Shown: positions 49,653 to 61,376 of the stretch, piece by piece
Position numbering within the stretch: position 1 is the first letter of the stretch
Layout of the letters: each line of letters starts with the position of its first letter
Assembly: GCA_040954595.2 (NCBI GenBank)
Contig: CM082587.2
Coordinates: forward strand, 3,986,093-4,050,092
Direction: 5' to 3'
Origin: Balanoglossus misakiensis
Lineage: Eukaryota; Animalia; Hemichordata
Length of the DNA: 64,000 bases
Program-made: the position numbers and the translations under genes
The notes under the pieces: model-generated
What the model saw: only the letters and a program-made list of their open reading frames with translations
Told to the model about the DNA's origin: nothing
Database searches by the model: none

Positions 49653-50956
49653 GAAAACTGCAGTGATATGTAGCCACGATGAAGGCTACAAAGTTGCATT
49701 TCTTTCTGAAATTTTGGTGATAGTTGTGCTTTTTATGTGGGAAGGTATTCGTGCCGTTACTCTGGAAGATGCTGCGCGATTATCAGAGCTCAAATCTTTC
49801 CCTACCTCAAGATGTAGCTGAGAAAGCCTTCAGTGGTAAAAACAGGCCAACATTAAAATAAGAACAACACACATTCACCTACACATCTGGCACCAAATAA
49901 TGTAGAAGTAACGTGATTGCTGTTCAAACAATTATATGTGGATGGACACGTACACAGGAATATGGTTTATTCAATGTCCAGGTTTCAACTTTAGTGGTAC
50001 AAAACAGGGTAAACCAAAAGGTTGAGTTAGCATCAGATTGGGATGAGCAGCAAAGTTGATTAACCCAGGCAACTTTGCAGCATCTCAACAGGAAATAGCG
50101 TTGAATAATAGAATCTCACACACCCAAGGACCCAGGAATTCTTTCACTCATTTGGGGGATATTTGGAGTTATTCTAATGGCAAAAATTTGACAACTATAG
50201 AAACTTAAGTTTTAATTTCTTCAACAAGAAGTACATGTATTATAACAAAGATCTTGATAGACTTTCTTACTTTCATAATCTGATAACGGAATGAAAATCA
50301 TGTTTTACAAATACTGTTTTATGTTGTAACTATTCTGGTACACACACATATGCATTGTCTCCTCACAAGATTAAATAAAATCATCCATTTTGAATTCGGT
50401 ACTGCACTGCATGTTTGTAATATTCGGCATGTATTTGCAAAGAGGAAAACATAAATATATGAATAAACACGTGGCCATTAACATTTCTCTTGTAGCCTAA
50501 GCGCGTTGCTAGACATAGTGAATCCCTTCGAGACAATGACACACTAAAGCAAGTGGTGAAAGTTTCTATGTACAGAAAGTTATCGTTTACAAAGTTGTGA
50601 CTTAATCAGTTTAGAACATTGTAAATAAAACTCAGGTTAACATGTTACATAATGTCCAAAGAACACTTGCGGACTTTTTTGAGAAAATATTGAATATGGT
50701 CTGTAAGTATTCATATACGTCAATCTTTCCGCAGGAGATTCAAGACTAACAATTAAGTTTAATTCTTATGAAAAGTGGACATGAATGACAATGGATATTA
50801 CATGCACGTTATGTTATCAACCTATACAATATGCGCATTAAATTGGCGAGGTCAAATTCCTATAGTTGAGATCCTGCCAAAGCTCATCTATTTGTCTATT
50901 ACCGTAATAATGGCATCTACCAAAGGAACATTAGAATGAGATTCAAATGATATCTT

Positions 50957-53900
50957 TTAGTGTTCCATGAGGGGAAGGACCACGTTGTTTTCAACTGCTT
51001 TCTCCAGCAACACAGACGTGCTGATTCCGCCCAGAATGTCCAGCTGTGAGATGACCACGTTCAGTTCCTTCGACGCCCATGTGACCATCTCCACCGCCAT
51101 GAGCGAGTCGACGCCGTAGTCTATCATTGGTTTGCTGATGTCGATGTCGTCCGGCGATTGGCAGAGCATCTGGCCCAGTTTTTGTTTCACCACGTTCTCG
51201 AGGTCCTCCAGAGACAGCTGGCAGTCAGCTTTGTTAACGCTGGTTTCATCAGCAAGGTGCTTGAACTTGAGGCTTGTTTGATGTGTGAAGTTATCTGCGG
51301 AAGCCCAGTCCTGTGAACAGAACACAAGTAGAAAGTTTTCGGTGAAAATCTGTCCATTCTTTTAATTTGTGATTGTACCATAGGAAAATAATTACAGTTG
51401 ATAGTACACATAGTAAAATACAACTGTTTCATCGATGTGATTACTAGTAGTATTTTAGTTGGTACAAGTATTAGATAATACATGACCGCAGATTCTACAT
51501 TTTATATCAAATGGCAACTGACACTCCCTGGCAATCAAAGAGAGATAAAACAGCAAAGCTGAACATACCTGGTTTGCGAAACAGACAACCGGCTTGTCCT
51601 TGTCGTTCAAGAGTTTTCCAAGCATTTCCATTATCTCATTTATATGAAGTGTAGAAAAGCCTTGGTTTTCAAGGACCATGGTGGTTTCAGTTTTTCCCTC
51701 GAGATATCCAGCGCCTCTGACCGCACCCATCTGCAGCGACAGAGCTGGTAGACCTAGGCTGTGTCTGTATTCTGCTAGAGCATCGAGAGCAGAATTCGCT
51801 GCACAGTACGCCGGTTGAGCCGACTGGCCTCTCAGCGCTGATACCGAGGACATCAGGAGAAAGATGTCGAGATCATCTTCCTTTGTCAGATGGTGCAAGT
51901 GGTGTGCACTGACAGCCTTTGAAGACATGACGACGTCGAGCTGGTCGGGTTTCAAGTCGGGCAGGAGGGTTTCGTCTATCACACCAGCGAGATGAAAGAC
52001 GCCTTTCAGTGGTGGGATGTCCGGCCGAGACTTCACCGTTTCGAGAATGGCTTTGAGACCGTTGTAATCAGACACATCAGCTGCAAAGGTGTGAACCTGG
52101 ACACCCCTGCGTTTCAGGAAATCCACGGTGCGGTGAGCGGCTGCTGACTTGCCACCGCTTCTCGACACCATCACTACATGTTTCGCCCCCATCTTCTGCA
52201 TCCACCGAACGAGCGCCTGACCGACACCGCCAAATGCGCCGGTTATGAGGTACGTTGCCTTTTCCTGGAAGATCTCACCATGCTGGTCGAATCTCTCTGG
52301 AAAGTAGTTGTCTGGAACTTTGAATACCACTTTGCCAATATGCTGACCCTTTGACATCATTCTGAACGCATCCTTGTAATCTGCGATGTCATATACACTT
52401 GTAGGCAGCGGCTTCAGTTTCTGTTTCTCGAAAAGTTGAACAACGCTTTCAAGTGACTTCTGCATTCCGTTACTGTCCTGCTTCAGCCTGATGTCTATTT
52501 GGCATGACATGAATGTCTTATTCTCCAGGAAAGTCTTGAGGTCCATCTGAGAGTTTTCCAAGATGTCTCTCTTCCCGATTTCACAAAATCTTCCACCAGG
52601 GGCCAAGACCGCCAGACCTCTTGCCATCAGTCTGCCATATAGCGAATTAAGTATAACATCAACCCCTTTGCCATTGGTCCAGTTGATTACATCGTGATAG
52701 AACTGTTCTGACCTGGAATCGGCAACAAACTGAATTCCCATCTTCTTTCTGAGATACTTTCGTTTTTCTTCCGTGCCAGCTGTGCAGATAATCTTCGCGC
52801 CTTGCATCTTTGCAACTTGGATGGCAGCCAAGCCCACTCCCCCACAGGCAGAGTGAATCAAAACTGTCTCCCCTTTCTTGAGATTTCCTCTCTCCACCAG
52901 ACTGTGATAAGCAGTCGTGAAGGCAACGCTTATTCCAGCGCACTGCACCAAGCTCTGATCCTTCGGTTTCCGGACTACGAAATGGGCATCGCAAAGAACG
53001 TGGGAAGCAAAGCTGGCGTTTGCGAATGCAATGACTTCCTCTCCAACTTGAAGATGGGTGACGCCTTCTCCCAGTTCCTCTATCACTCCCGAACACTCCA
53101 GGCCAAACTGTGAACGGGACGCCCCATCTTCCAGACCTTCCAGCATACCATGGGCCATCATGACATCTTTGAAGTTCAGTGCCGCGGCATTGACCCTGAC
53201 CTTGACATAACCATGCCTTGGGTGCATGTCTGGTATAGCACAGAATCCGAGATCATCCAAAGATGTCCTTCCATCCTGACAGACCTTCTGCTCAAGGCGC
53301 CAATGTCTAGATTGCAGGGCAGACGTTTTTGGTTGAGAAGCGTGTACAACCCTGGGGCAGAGTAGCTGGTCACCAATTATAGCCAATTCCCTTTCTGGTA
53401 GACTGGGATTACTAAGTACCTTCTTGATAAGCGTCACTGAATTCTTCTGTAACGTAGCTTCTGAATCCAGGTCAATGAAGTATACACAACCTGAACCAAT
53501 GTGGTTGCAAGTTGATCCTGCCAATCCATAGGCTGCATGAGACCAGAGATTGCCCTTCTTCTTTATGGCACCATTTGTGATTATGTAGACACTCTTGACT
53601 GTTTCTTGGTTGTTGTCTGCCACTTTGAGCAGCTCGAGCAGGAAATGAAGGTTGGCATCCCACTCGCCACTCCAGTAAACGACATTTACTGCTGTCTTTT
53701 GTGTGAGAGACTCCACGTTTGCAATTGTTGGTGTCTTCACCCTCGAGTAAGACTTCCCAAAACGTTCCTGCATCGATTTGTGTACAGCTTGGTCTGAACA
53801 GCCGAACAGGAGCCATTCCTCATCTGATTCGGTTCTCTGTTTCTCCGTGTCAGTGGCTTTGCGACCCACAATGATGCTGTGCAGGAGTTCATCCGGTGTG

Positions 53901-56900
53901 GTTACACTGACAACATCTTCAAAACCAGTGCTCTTGAACAGGTCCTCCCATCCTTTACGTGGCAGCCAGCATGATTCCTGTCTGAAGTCTTCATAGACCC
54001 AGCAGAGTTGAAGAGAACCAAAGACTAACTCAGTCATGTAGTTGGAATTGGTCGCCTCATACATGAACAGCCAGCCGTCTTCACAGAGGAGGTTGCGCAT
54101 GTGGTACATGCCGTTATTGACATCAACCGCAGAGTGGAGAGTATCAAGACACACCACGATGTCAACACTTCCAGGAATGAATCCCTGAGGTTCGATGTCT
54201 TGCTCGATGTCGAGTTGCTTGTATTTGACCAGTGGGAACTCTTCGAGACACTGTTGGGCGTGCGAGAAGAATGAAGCACTCAGGTCTGTGAAGACAAACT
54301 CGACTTGCTTGTTTGCCACTTCTTCTTTCAAATTTCTGAGGATGTACTTGGAGAGGCCACCCATTCTTCCACCAACTTCAAGAATTCTCACCACTTTCTT
54401 CTTTTCCATTGACTTTCTCACAGCTCTTGCTACTGCTTCAGCCCCAGCTTCATAGAACAGGCGAATCGTTGGTGCGTCAGCAAAGTACAGCGCAAGACTG
54501 TCTGGTGCAAACAGTAGTGACACGCCGATGTCAGGATCTTTGAGTGTGTCTGGCAAGGCATCACCAAGCGTCTTGACCATTTTCAGTTCCTGAGACATCT
54601 CAGGAACGATACTAGATATCTTGTTTATGGCCTCAGGAATTTGTTCAATGGTTAGTGTCTGTACAGTGCTATCGTTTGCTATGTCTTTCAGTCGCTTGAT
54701 GTATCGCCCGTTCCTTTCTCCAATGTTGCTCTCATCAACAATATTAAGTGCATGCTTTATGTACGATTTACATATCACCTTTATCGATGGCATCACCGCT
54801 TCTGTTCTTGTTATAATATCCATATCAGTAGGAAACAAACTACGTAGGTTTCTCTCTTCAAAGACGTCGCAGACATCAGCAGTCTTTGGCAGACAAGACG
54901 TGACTGGCTGCCACTCAGTAGTGTACAGGCACGACTGCAGGTCAACGTTAGAACTTGTGTCTTTGAGACTTTGAGCGGTTAAGCCAATAACCTTCACCAA
55001 GACTCTTCCATCACTGGTGCAAAGGTACGCATCTCCACTGATGAATGTGCTGTCGCAGTCGGTGATCTTGGCGTAGGCAATCAGCTGCTCCCCGAGAGGC
55101 AGTGCCGGGACAGTCATCTGTAACTTCGCCAGCTTAATGGGCAAATAGGCCGTCGTGAATTTACCCAGAGAAGCTATGATCAGTTGGAAGCAACCATCCA
55201 ACAGCGTGGTTTGCACTCGTTGCTTGGGATCATATGCGTTTGACATTAAAGCTATTGCTTCACCATCTCCAAGCATTGCCTGTTGAATAACTTGGAAGTT
55301 TGGTCCGTACTGTAGACCAATCGATGACAGCCCCTTGTATACCTCAGCCTCTGACATGACATTGCTGCATCTCTGTTTGATTTTTTGAATCGGAAGGCAT
55401 TGGTAGACTTCCGCCGTTGAGATTTGGTCACCCATCTCTGCCATGTAGTGTACGTGATCCCCAGCTTTGACTTGTATAGAGGCGCCTTCTTTGATGGCCT
55501 GAACTGGGACTGTTTCTTTTGAAGGCTTGCCAGTGGTGCTGTCTTCTGGCCAGATCAGCGCACGTACAAAGCGCATGTCTTTCAATGCAGGGTTCTCCTT
55601 CTCGCCAAAGAACATCTCCAGACTGAACTCGATGTACCCTGCGCCAGGGAACACCACCTTATTTTCAACAACATGGTCCATTAGGTACGGAAACATGTCG
55701 ATGGACACACTGCCATTTTGACCTTTGAATGTCTTGTCTTCAAGCCCAAGACGACGCTTCATCCTGTTTTCTGGTTCTGTCCAATGCGTGTGGTGCTGCC
55801 AGGGATATGTTGGCATGGATTCCCACTTGGCCGTATTACGGGTCATATTGCCCCAGTCAATCGAAGCCCCAGCATTGTAAAGAGAACCGATGGACCTTAA
55901 AATCGAATGGCGGTCATCACTACCACGCTGTCCGAGGGCGATGGTCGTTATCTTTTTCTTGCTGCCTGTCGCTTGGTGGATTTTATTAACTGACGACAAC
56001 AGCGTTGCCGAAGCGCCACACTCGATGAAAATGTCAGGTTCTATCTCGTTGAGGATGTTGGTTACAGCATCTGAAAACGAGACAGCGTTTCGGATGTTTT
56101 TCCACCAGTACGGTCCATCAAAACTGCCATCGTATTGTTTACCATCGACAGTCGAGTAAAACGGCGCTGACCTGGTCCTTTTCTTCATTTTCACAACCCC
56201 ACTCATGGCTTCCAAGAAACTCTCCTTGATGGGTTCCATGTACGGTGTATGGAAGGCACATTGCACCCGGAGTTCCTTGGCTTCTTGCGGGTTGTTTTTA
56301 GCAATTTCTGCAATGGCCGGTTTGCTTCCTGCTATTGTGACGGAGCCGGGTGCATTGATTGCGGCAAGGTACAGATTCTCGTATTCTGCACACATCTTCT
56401 CCGCTTCTTCAGCAGACTGCCGCAAAGCCGCCATTCCGCCAGCCCCCTTCAGACTTGCCTGCTGTGTGCTCCTGTGGTAGATAGCAGTCACAGCTTCTTC
56501 CATGGTCATACCTCCACTCGCATAAGCAGCGGCAACCTCTCCGAGGCTGTGGCCGACAATGGCATCAGGGCGTATACCCCAGTGATTCAACAGATGGAAT
56601 AAACCCATCTGCAGGAAGAGAATGACAGGCTGTGATATTTCCATTTCATCGACCAAGTTTTCAGAAACCACGGGCAGTTTTCCTGATTTCCGTGACTGCT
56701 TAAAGCCATTGAAGAACTCGGCATCGTGAAGAAGAGACCAACCACTAAGCTTCTTGAACATGGCGTCGCATTGATCGACCACCTCACGGAAAACTTCCTC
56801 GGTGGCGTAGAGCTGTCTTCCCATTCCTGTCCACTGTTGGCCCTGACCAGGGAAAACGAGGCATATCTTCTGGCCCTTCCCTGATGCTGAACCGGTCATG

Positions 56901-58906
56901 ATGGAATCAACTGACTGCCCGTCTAGGTAACTCTGCAGACTTCGCCTGAACTCCTTCCCTGATCTGGCTGTTATGGCCATTCTGCTATCATACTGCTTCC
57001 GCCTCGTTGCCAACCACCCGACAACACTGAGGGCGTCACTGTCGCTCTCAAAGGACAACCACTTCCGGGCGAGGTCATCGACGGCATCTTTGGATTTTGC
57101 CGACAGTGGGATGAGGATTTCTTCGCCCTCGTTTTCACAACCAAACTTCCATCCACATTTATGACTTGTTTCTGTGTCAGAAACAGGGGCCTCCTCGAGG
57201 ATCAGATGTGCAACCGCACCGGCAAACCCGAAACTGTTGACACCAAATCTATACTTTTTGTCTGATTTGAATCTCTCCTTCTCTGTTTGGACTTCTAACT
57301 TTAACCTATCCAAATCAATAGCTGGGTTAGGCTTCTTGTAGTTGATTGAGGGGCACAGCGTACGTTTTGCAAGCATGAGTGATGCCTTTATAGTTGCGGT
57401 AATGCCAGCCGCACATTCATTGTGGGCAAAGTTGCTCTTAGCCGACCCAATCTTGAGTGGCACACTTCTGTGTGGTCCGAATGCATTGCCAATTGCCGAG
57501 GCTTCAATGGGATCTCCCACAGGTGTACCTGTGCCATGAGCCTCAACATAGTCAACAGAGGACATAGACAAGTTGAACCTGTCGTATGCCTCGTGCATGA
57601 CATACTCCTGGGCAGCCTGAAGGGGCATAGTCAGGCTCCCGCAGAAACCATTGGCAGCAATTGCACTCCCTCTAATGACTGAGTAGATGTGGTCACCGTC
57701 AGCCACAGCCTTTGATAGTGGCTTCAAGATCAGAGCGCCCCAACCTTCACTTCTGACATAGCCCTTGGCTTCATCCGAAAACGGGCAACACCGCCCTTCA
57801 GGGGAGAGCACACCGAGTGCACTGAAGCCAATGGTGATCTCTGGAATGAGCAAGCTGTTGCAACCACTGACAACAGCAACCTTGCACTCATTGTTCCAGA
57901 GGTGGGTGCAGGCCAGATGCATAGCCGTCATCGATGCAGCACAGGCTGTATCAACGGCGTAGCTGGGACCCTGCAGATTGAAAGCATAAGATATGCGGTT
58001 GGCGGCCACGCTGTGGGCGTTGCCAGTAATCGTGTAGGGGTTCATGTGGTAAGCATCCATGTTGGACATGCCATAGTCCATCATACCAATTCCAACAAAC
58101 ACCCCACAGTCTGTCTTCAGTGTGTCTGGGTCGATTCCTGCGTCTTCGAAGGCTTCTTCTACCACCTCGAGCAGCAGTCTCTGTTGGGGGTCCATGGATG
58201 CCGCCTCCCTCGGCGAGATCTTAAAGTAGCCGTGGTCGAACTGGTCTACGCCGTCTACAAAGCCAGCTCTTCTGGTCACCATCTTTCCGGACTTTGCCTG
58301 GTCGGTGTCATGGAATTCATTGATGTCCCATCTTTCCTTGGGGATTTCGGTCACCACGTCCCTACCCTCGCTTATCACGTCCCAGAATTTCTGCGGAGAG
58401 TCCACACCACCTGGCATACGGCATCCTAAGCGAAAATGAAATGAAGACGGAGTCTTGGAAAAGTATGATGACAGAGAGAATTGTCGTACATTGCAATCCC
58501 AATTACCAGATGAATATGTTAAGTGATGTCATTGATAGTAAACGCCAATCACTGACCGATCCATTCGCAACTCACCTATACCAGTTATGGCAATAGGAAA
58601 ACCATAAGTCTCGCTTCCAACCACAGAAGACATGGACCATCCATTGCAATCATTATGAGTGTCACTACTTCCGGTCTGGCGATAGAAGTAATAAAAAAAA
58701 CAATTAATGCAAAAATGTGCGTTTTTTCATAAATCTGCCCCTTTATTGTCGAGATATTATGCTCAGTCAATAGAGAACGGAAAATACAACTGAATAGTAT
58801 CTTGTGAATGAGAAATACGAAAACACAGCCGCCCGGAATCTTTTATAATCACCTGTTTCATTCTCTTGGTGTCGGCGCCGGTATCTATTGGTTTGCTGAA
58901 CGGCAT
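50957..58906 (-). CDS. pks1: Iterative type I polyketide synthase, copy A (KS-AT-DH-MT-like-ER-KR-ACP, no TE), echinoderm pigment PKS1-like, ~2,454 aa
   Basis: Coding exons 58906-58853 (MPFSKPID..), 58675-58576 (..FPIAITGIG), 58425-51569, 51310-50957, with consistent phases. Motifs: KS DTACAAS / EAHGTGT / SNFAHNE; AT GQGQQW, GHSLG, CAFH; DH HVVENKVVFP; MT-like ILEVGGRMGG; ER LIHSACGGVG; KR ITGAFGGVG, YCAAN; ACP DYGVDSL. Confidence 0.9.
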
Positions 58907-59750
58907 CGTTACACTATTCCTGACAAAATGTGCAAAGTAAGATCTGCAAGGAAAATGACGAAGTTCACTTTAGCACAACATGACGCTTTTGACGTGTGGG
59001 CGGCTTGGAGGTTTTGCGCATGCCTGCCAATGGCTGGCCCCCTTGCAGAGTATATACTCACTATAAACCGGAAATTTTAAAAGAAGCTGGTATTGTTCCT
59101 ATTGTCTACATTCTACAAAATATTACAGGTATGTTCCTGAAAAATAGGTTTCATCAGTGATTTCGTAATGCTGCAAAAAAGCATGGCACCATAAAAAAGA
59201 CAAAATTATTTTGCGGGCGTTGAGAGGAAATTACAATAGATATGCAGGTACTTGTCAGCGAAATCACAGCTGTTTGACACCAAGTCTGGAAATGATGAAC
59301 AAATCCCAAATCTACACATATACATATATTTTACAAAATCAGTTTTTGAGGCATAAGTTCCAAGATGTTTTAATCACGTGTAGAGGATACAAAACCACCG
59401 AAAACTCTTAAGTCTCTAAATCGGGAAACTTTAATCTTTTTTCCCACGAGGACTGTACTTTCTACAAAATCATAAAACGTTGCATATGCGGTGTTTATAG
59501 AAATGAACCTTTGGAACATCTCTCGTCGCGAAAATGAGTAGAAAACAAAATAATGTCTTGGGCTATCTTTTCCCCATAACAATCAGATACCGCTGAGTGA
59601 ACTTAGATTTTTCCTCCTAGAAAAGTGGGAGAGCCAAATATGGCGAATTTGCAAATTTGTGATAAAGACATTTTTGCGATTCTGAACACAGCTGTAGGAT
59701 TCGGATAGAATGATGAACTGCAGTCATGCTTTGAGTGAAAATTATCTTAC

Positions 59751-59887
59751 CTGGATTTCCGGATCTGTTCGGCCTAAGATCGGAGGACAAGCTTACCAGA
59801 TGAAGGCGCGGGTGATGGTGCGGCTATTTCGAACTTGACCGCGCTATTTAAAGCTCGGCCGATGGGGCTCCAGTTCCCTGATTGGCT
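59751..59887 (-). promoter_or_regulatory. Putative core promoter and non-coding first exon of PKS copy A
   Basis: Minus strand: NF-Y box AGCCAATCAG (59887-59878), TATA-like TTTAAATA (59852-59845), then an ATG-free ~70-nt segment ending in a strong donor CAG|GTAAGA at 59751. Confidence 0.55.
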
Positions 59888-60235
59888 GCCGTCATAAAAA
59901 GCGAGGATTCGGACACGCGTTCACGCACATAGCACGAATTCTTTGCGTGATCTCTTGAATCGTTGGTGTGGCTACTATTAAGGGTACCATCTCCTGGACG
60001 AGATTTGCATTATTGGACAAGAAAATTCTTTCCGGAATTATACCGAGCATTCTTGTTTATGCATACATTCGTATTATCGAATGTGAGAAATGACACGAAG
60101 CCATGTAGTACACGCCTTTCCCTCACAAAAAGTAACATTCAGGCAAAACACTAACAGCAACTTTTGTAAAAAAAATATCATATCTAAAATACACCAGGTT
60201 GCGAGAGTTGTTGGCAGACGTTTGGATCGCAAAGG

Positions 60236-60370
60236 GTACCCGCATTTCATACCGTCGTATTGTTACACTTCGGATTTCTCCGCTCCCAAATATCTTTGAT
60301 TGCTTGGCAAACAAGGAACACGCAGCCAGGCCAGAAACTATTATGCGGTAGACGTAAAGGGTACCAGCAT
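60236..60370 (-). promoter_or_regulatory. GCM-type binding sites upstream of PKS copy A
   Basis: ATGCGGGTAC on the minus strand at 60245-60236 (GCM consensus) and a one-mismatch ATGCTGGTAC at 60370-60361, both inside a repeated AAAGGGTACC(C/A)GCAT. Confidence 0.5.
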
Positions 60371-61376
60371 ATGCTATAACTATCTCATGTTGAGGATCTT
60401 TGATTTCTGCCGTACCTGGCGACAACTTAAATTGCTTGTCCACTGGAAAGAAAACAGTTCAAGGCGACATATTCCATGTAAATATAGTTTATTCAAAATA
60501 TGGAAGCAATAGAAAGAAAAAAACATAGTTCAAATATTGAATACTTAAGAGTCCGAATAAAGATGATCAAAGGGAGGTGTACAGAAATCACCATCTGCTA
60601 CAGTATTTCAAGGAATACGTAGCTACTTGAATATAACGGTTTCACTGAGAAACTTAAGATGATGTAATCCAACATTTATATACAGCTGTTGGAAAATTCG
60701 AATTTACAAAGTAACTGCGTCTGCAGTAAGACAGGCTTTAAGAACATTAAAACTATCTAAGGAAATCAGAAAATCTTACTTAGAAACCAAGAAATCCACA
60801 AATAAAAGGAAATCAATACTGAATATCATAGCAAATCTGAACATTGATTATTCAGGAAATATATTCACAAATGTATAAAAATGTGCAACTGATTATCATC
60901 AATAATTATTTACACTTCTTTCTCTGTGTGTCAGTAAGTATTCTTTGAATGTAATTATCAATCATGGAATTGGAATGTCTTCTGGCAATATTTCCCTTCG
61001 CAGATTTCTCTATCAGTACAATACCTGTATACATTAAAATATGCGTTTTTGAAACAATACAATTCGGTGCAAATGACTTCAATAAATACACTCTCAACAC
61101 AGCACATAAAATATACTAGAAACCCTGTCTAGACCGACTGTACTTTGCACTTCTATACCCTAAGGTAAGGGAGACTAAAGTAACTTCTTTATACGGGATT
61201 AGAATGATCGGCAACTAGTCTAGAATAAAATGTAACCAGGGACAGTCAGTTCAGCGCACAGTCATTATTTGTAGTCATAAAACGTGAAGTGTAGATTCCA
61301 AAGCTGGTTTCCTTTGACCCTTTGAAATATTATTACATGTACGTGAACATTAATAATATCGCTGGTGTTTGTTTAC

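Noticed and set aside
49653-50956. Overlapping PMPCA and PKS 3'UTRs (antisense regulation)
   Set aside because: Several candidate polyA signals on both strands; overlap cannot be established without transcript data
58585-58653. Out-of-frame ATGs (MIAMDGP..) as PKS uORFs
   Set aside because: They fall inside a coding exon once the upstream ATG at 58906 is recognised
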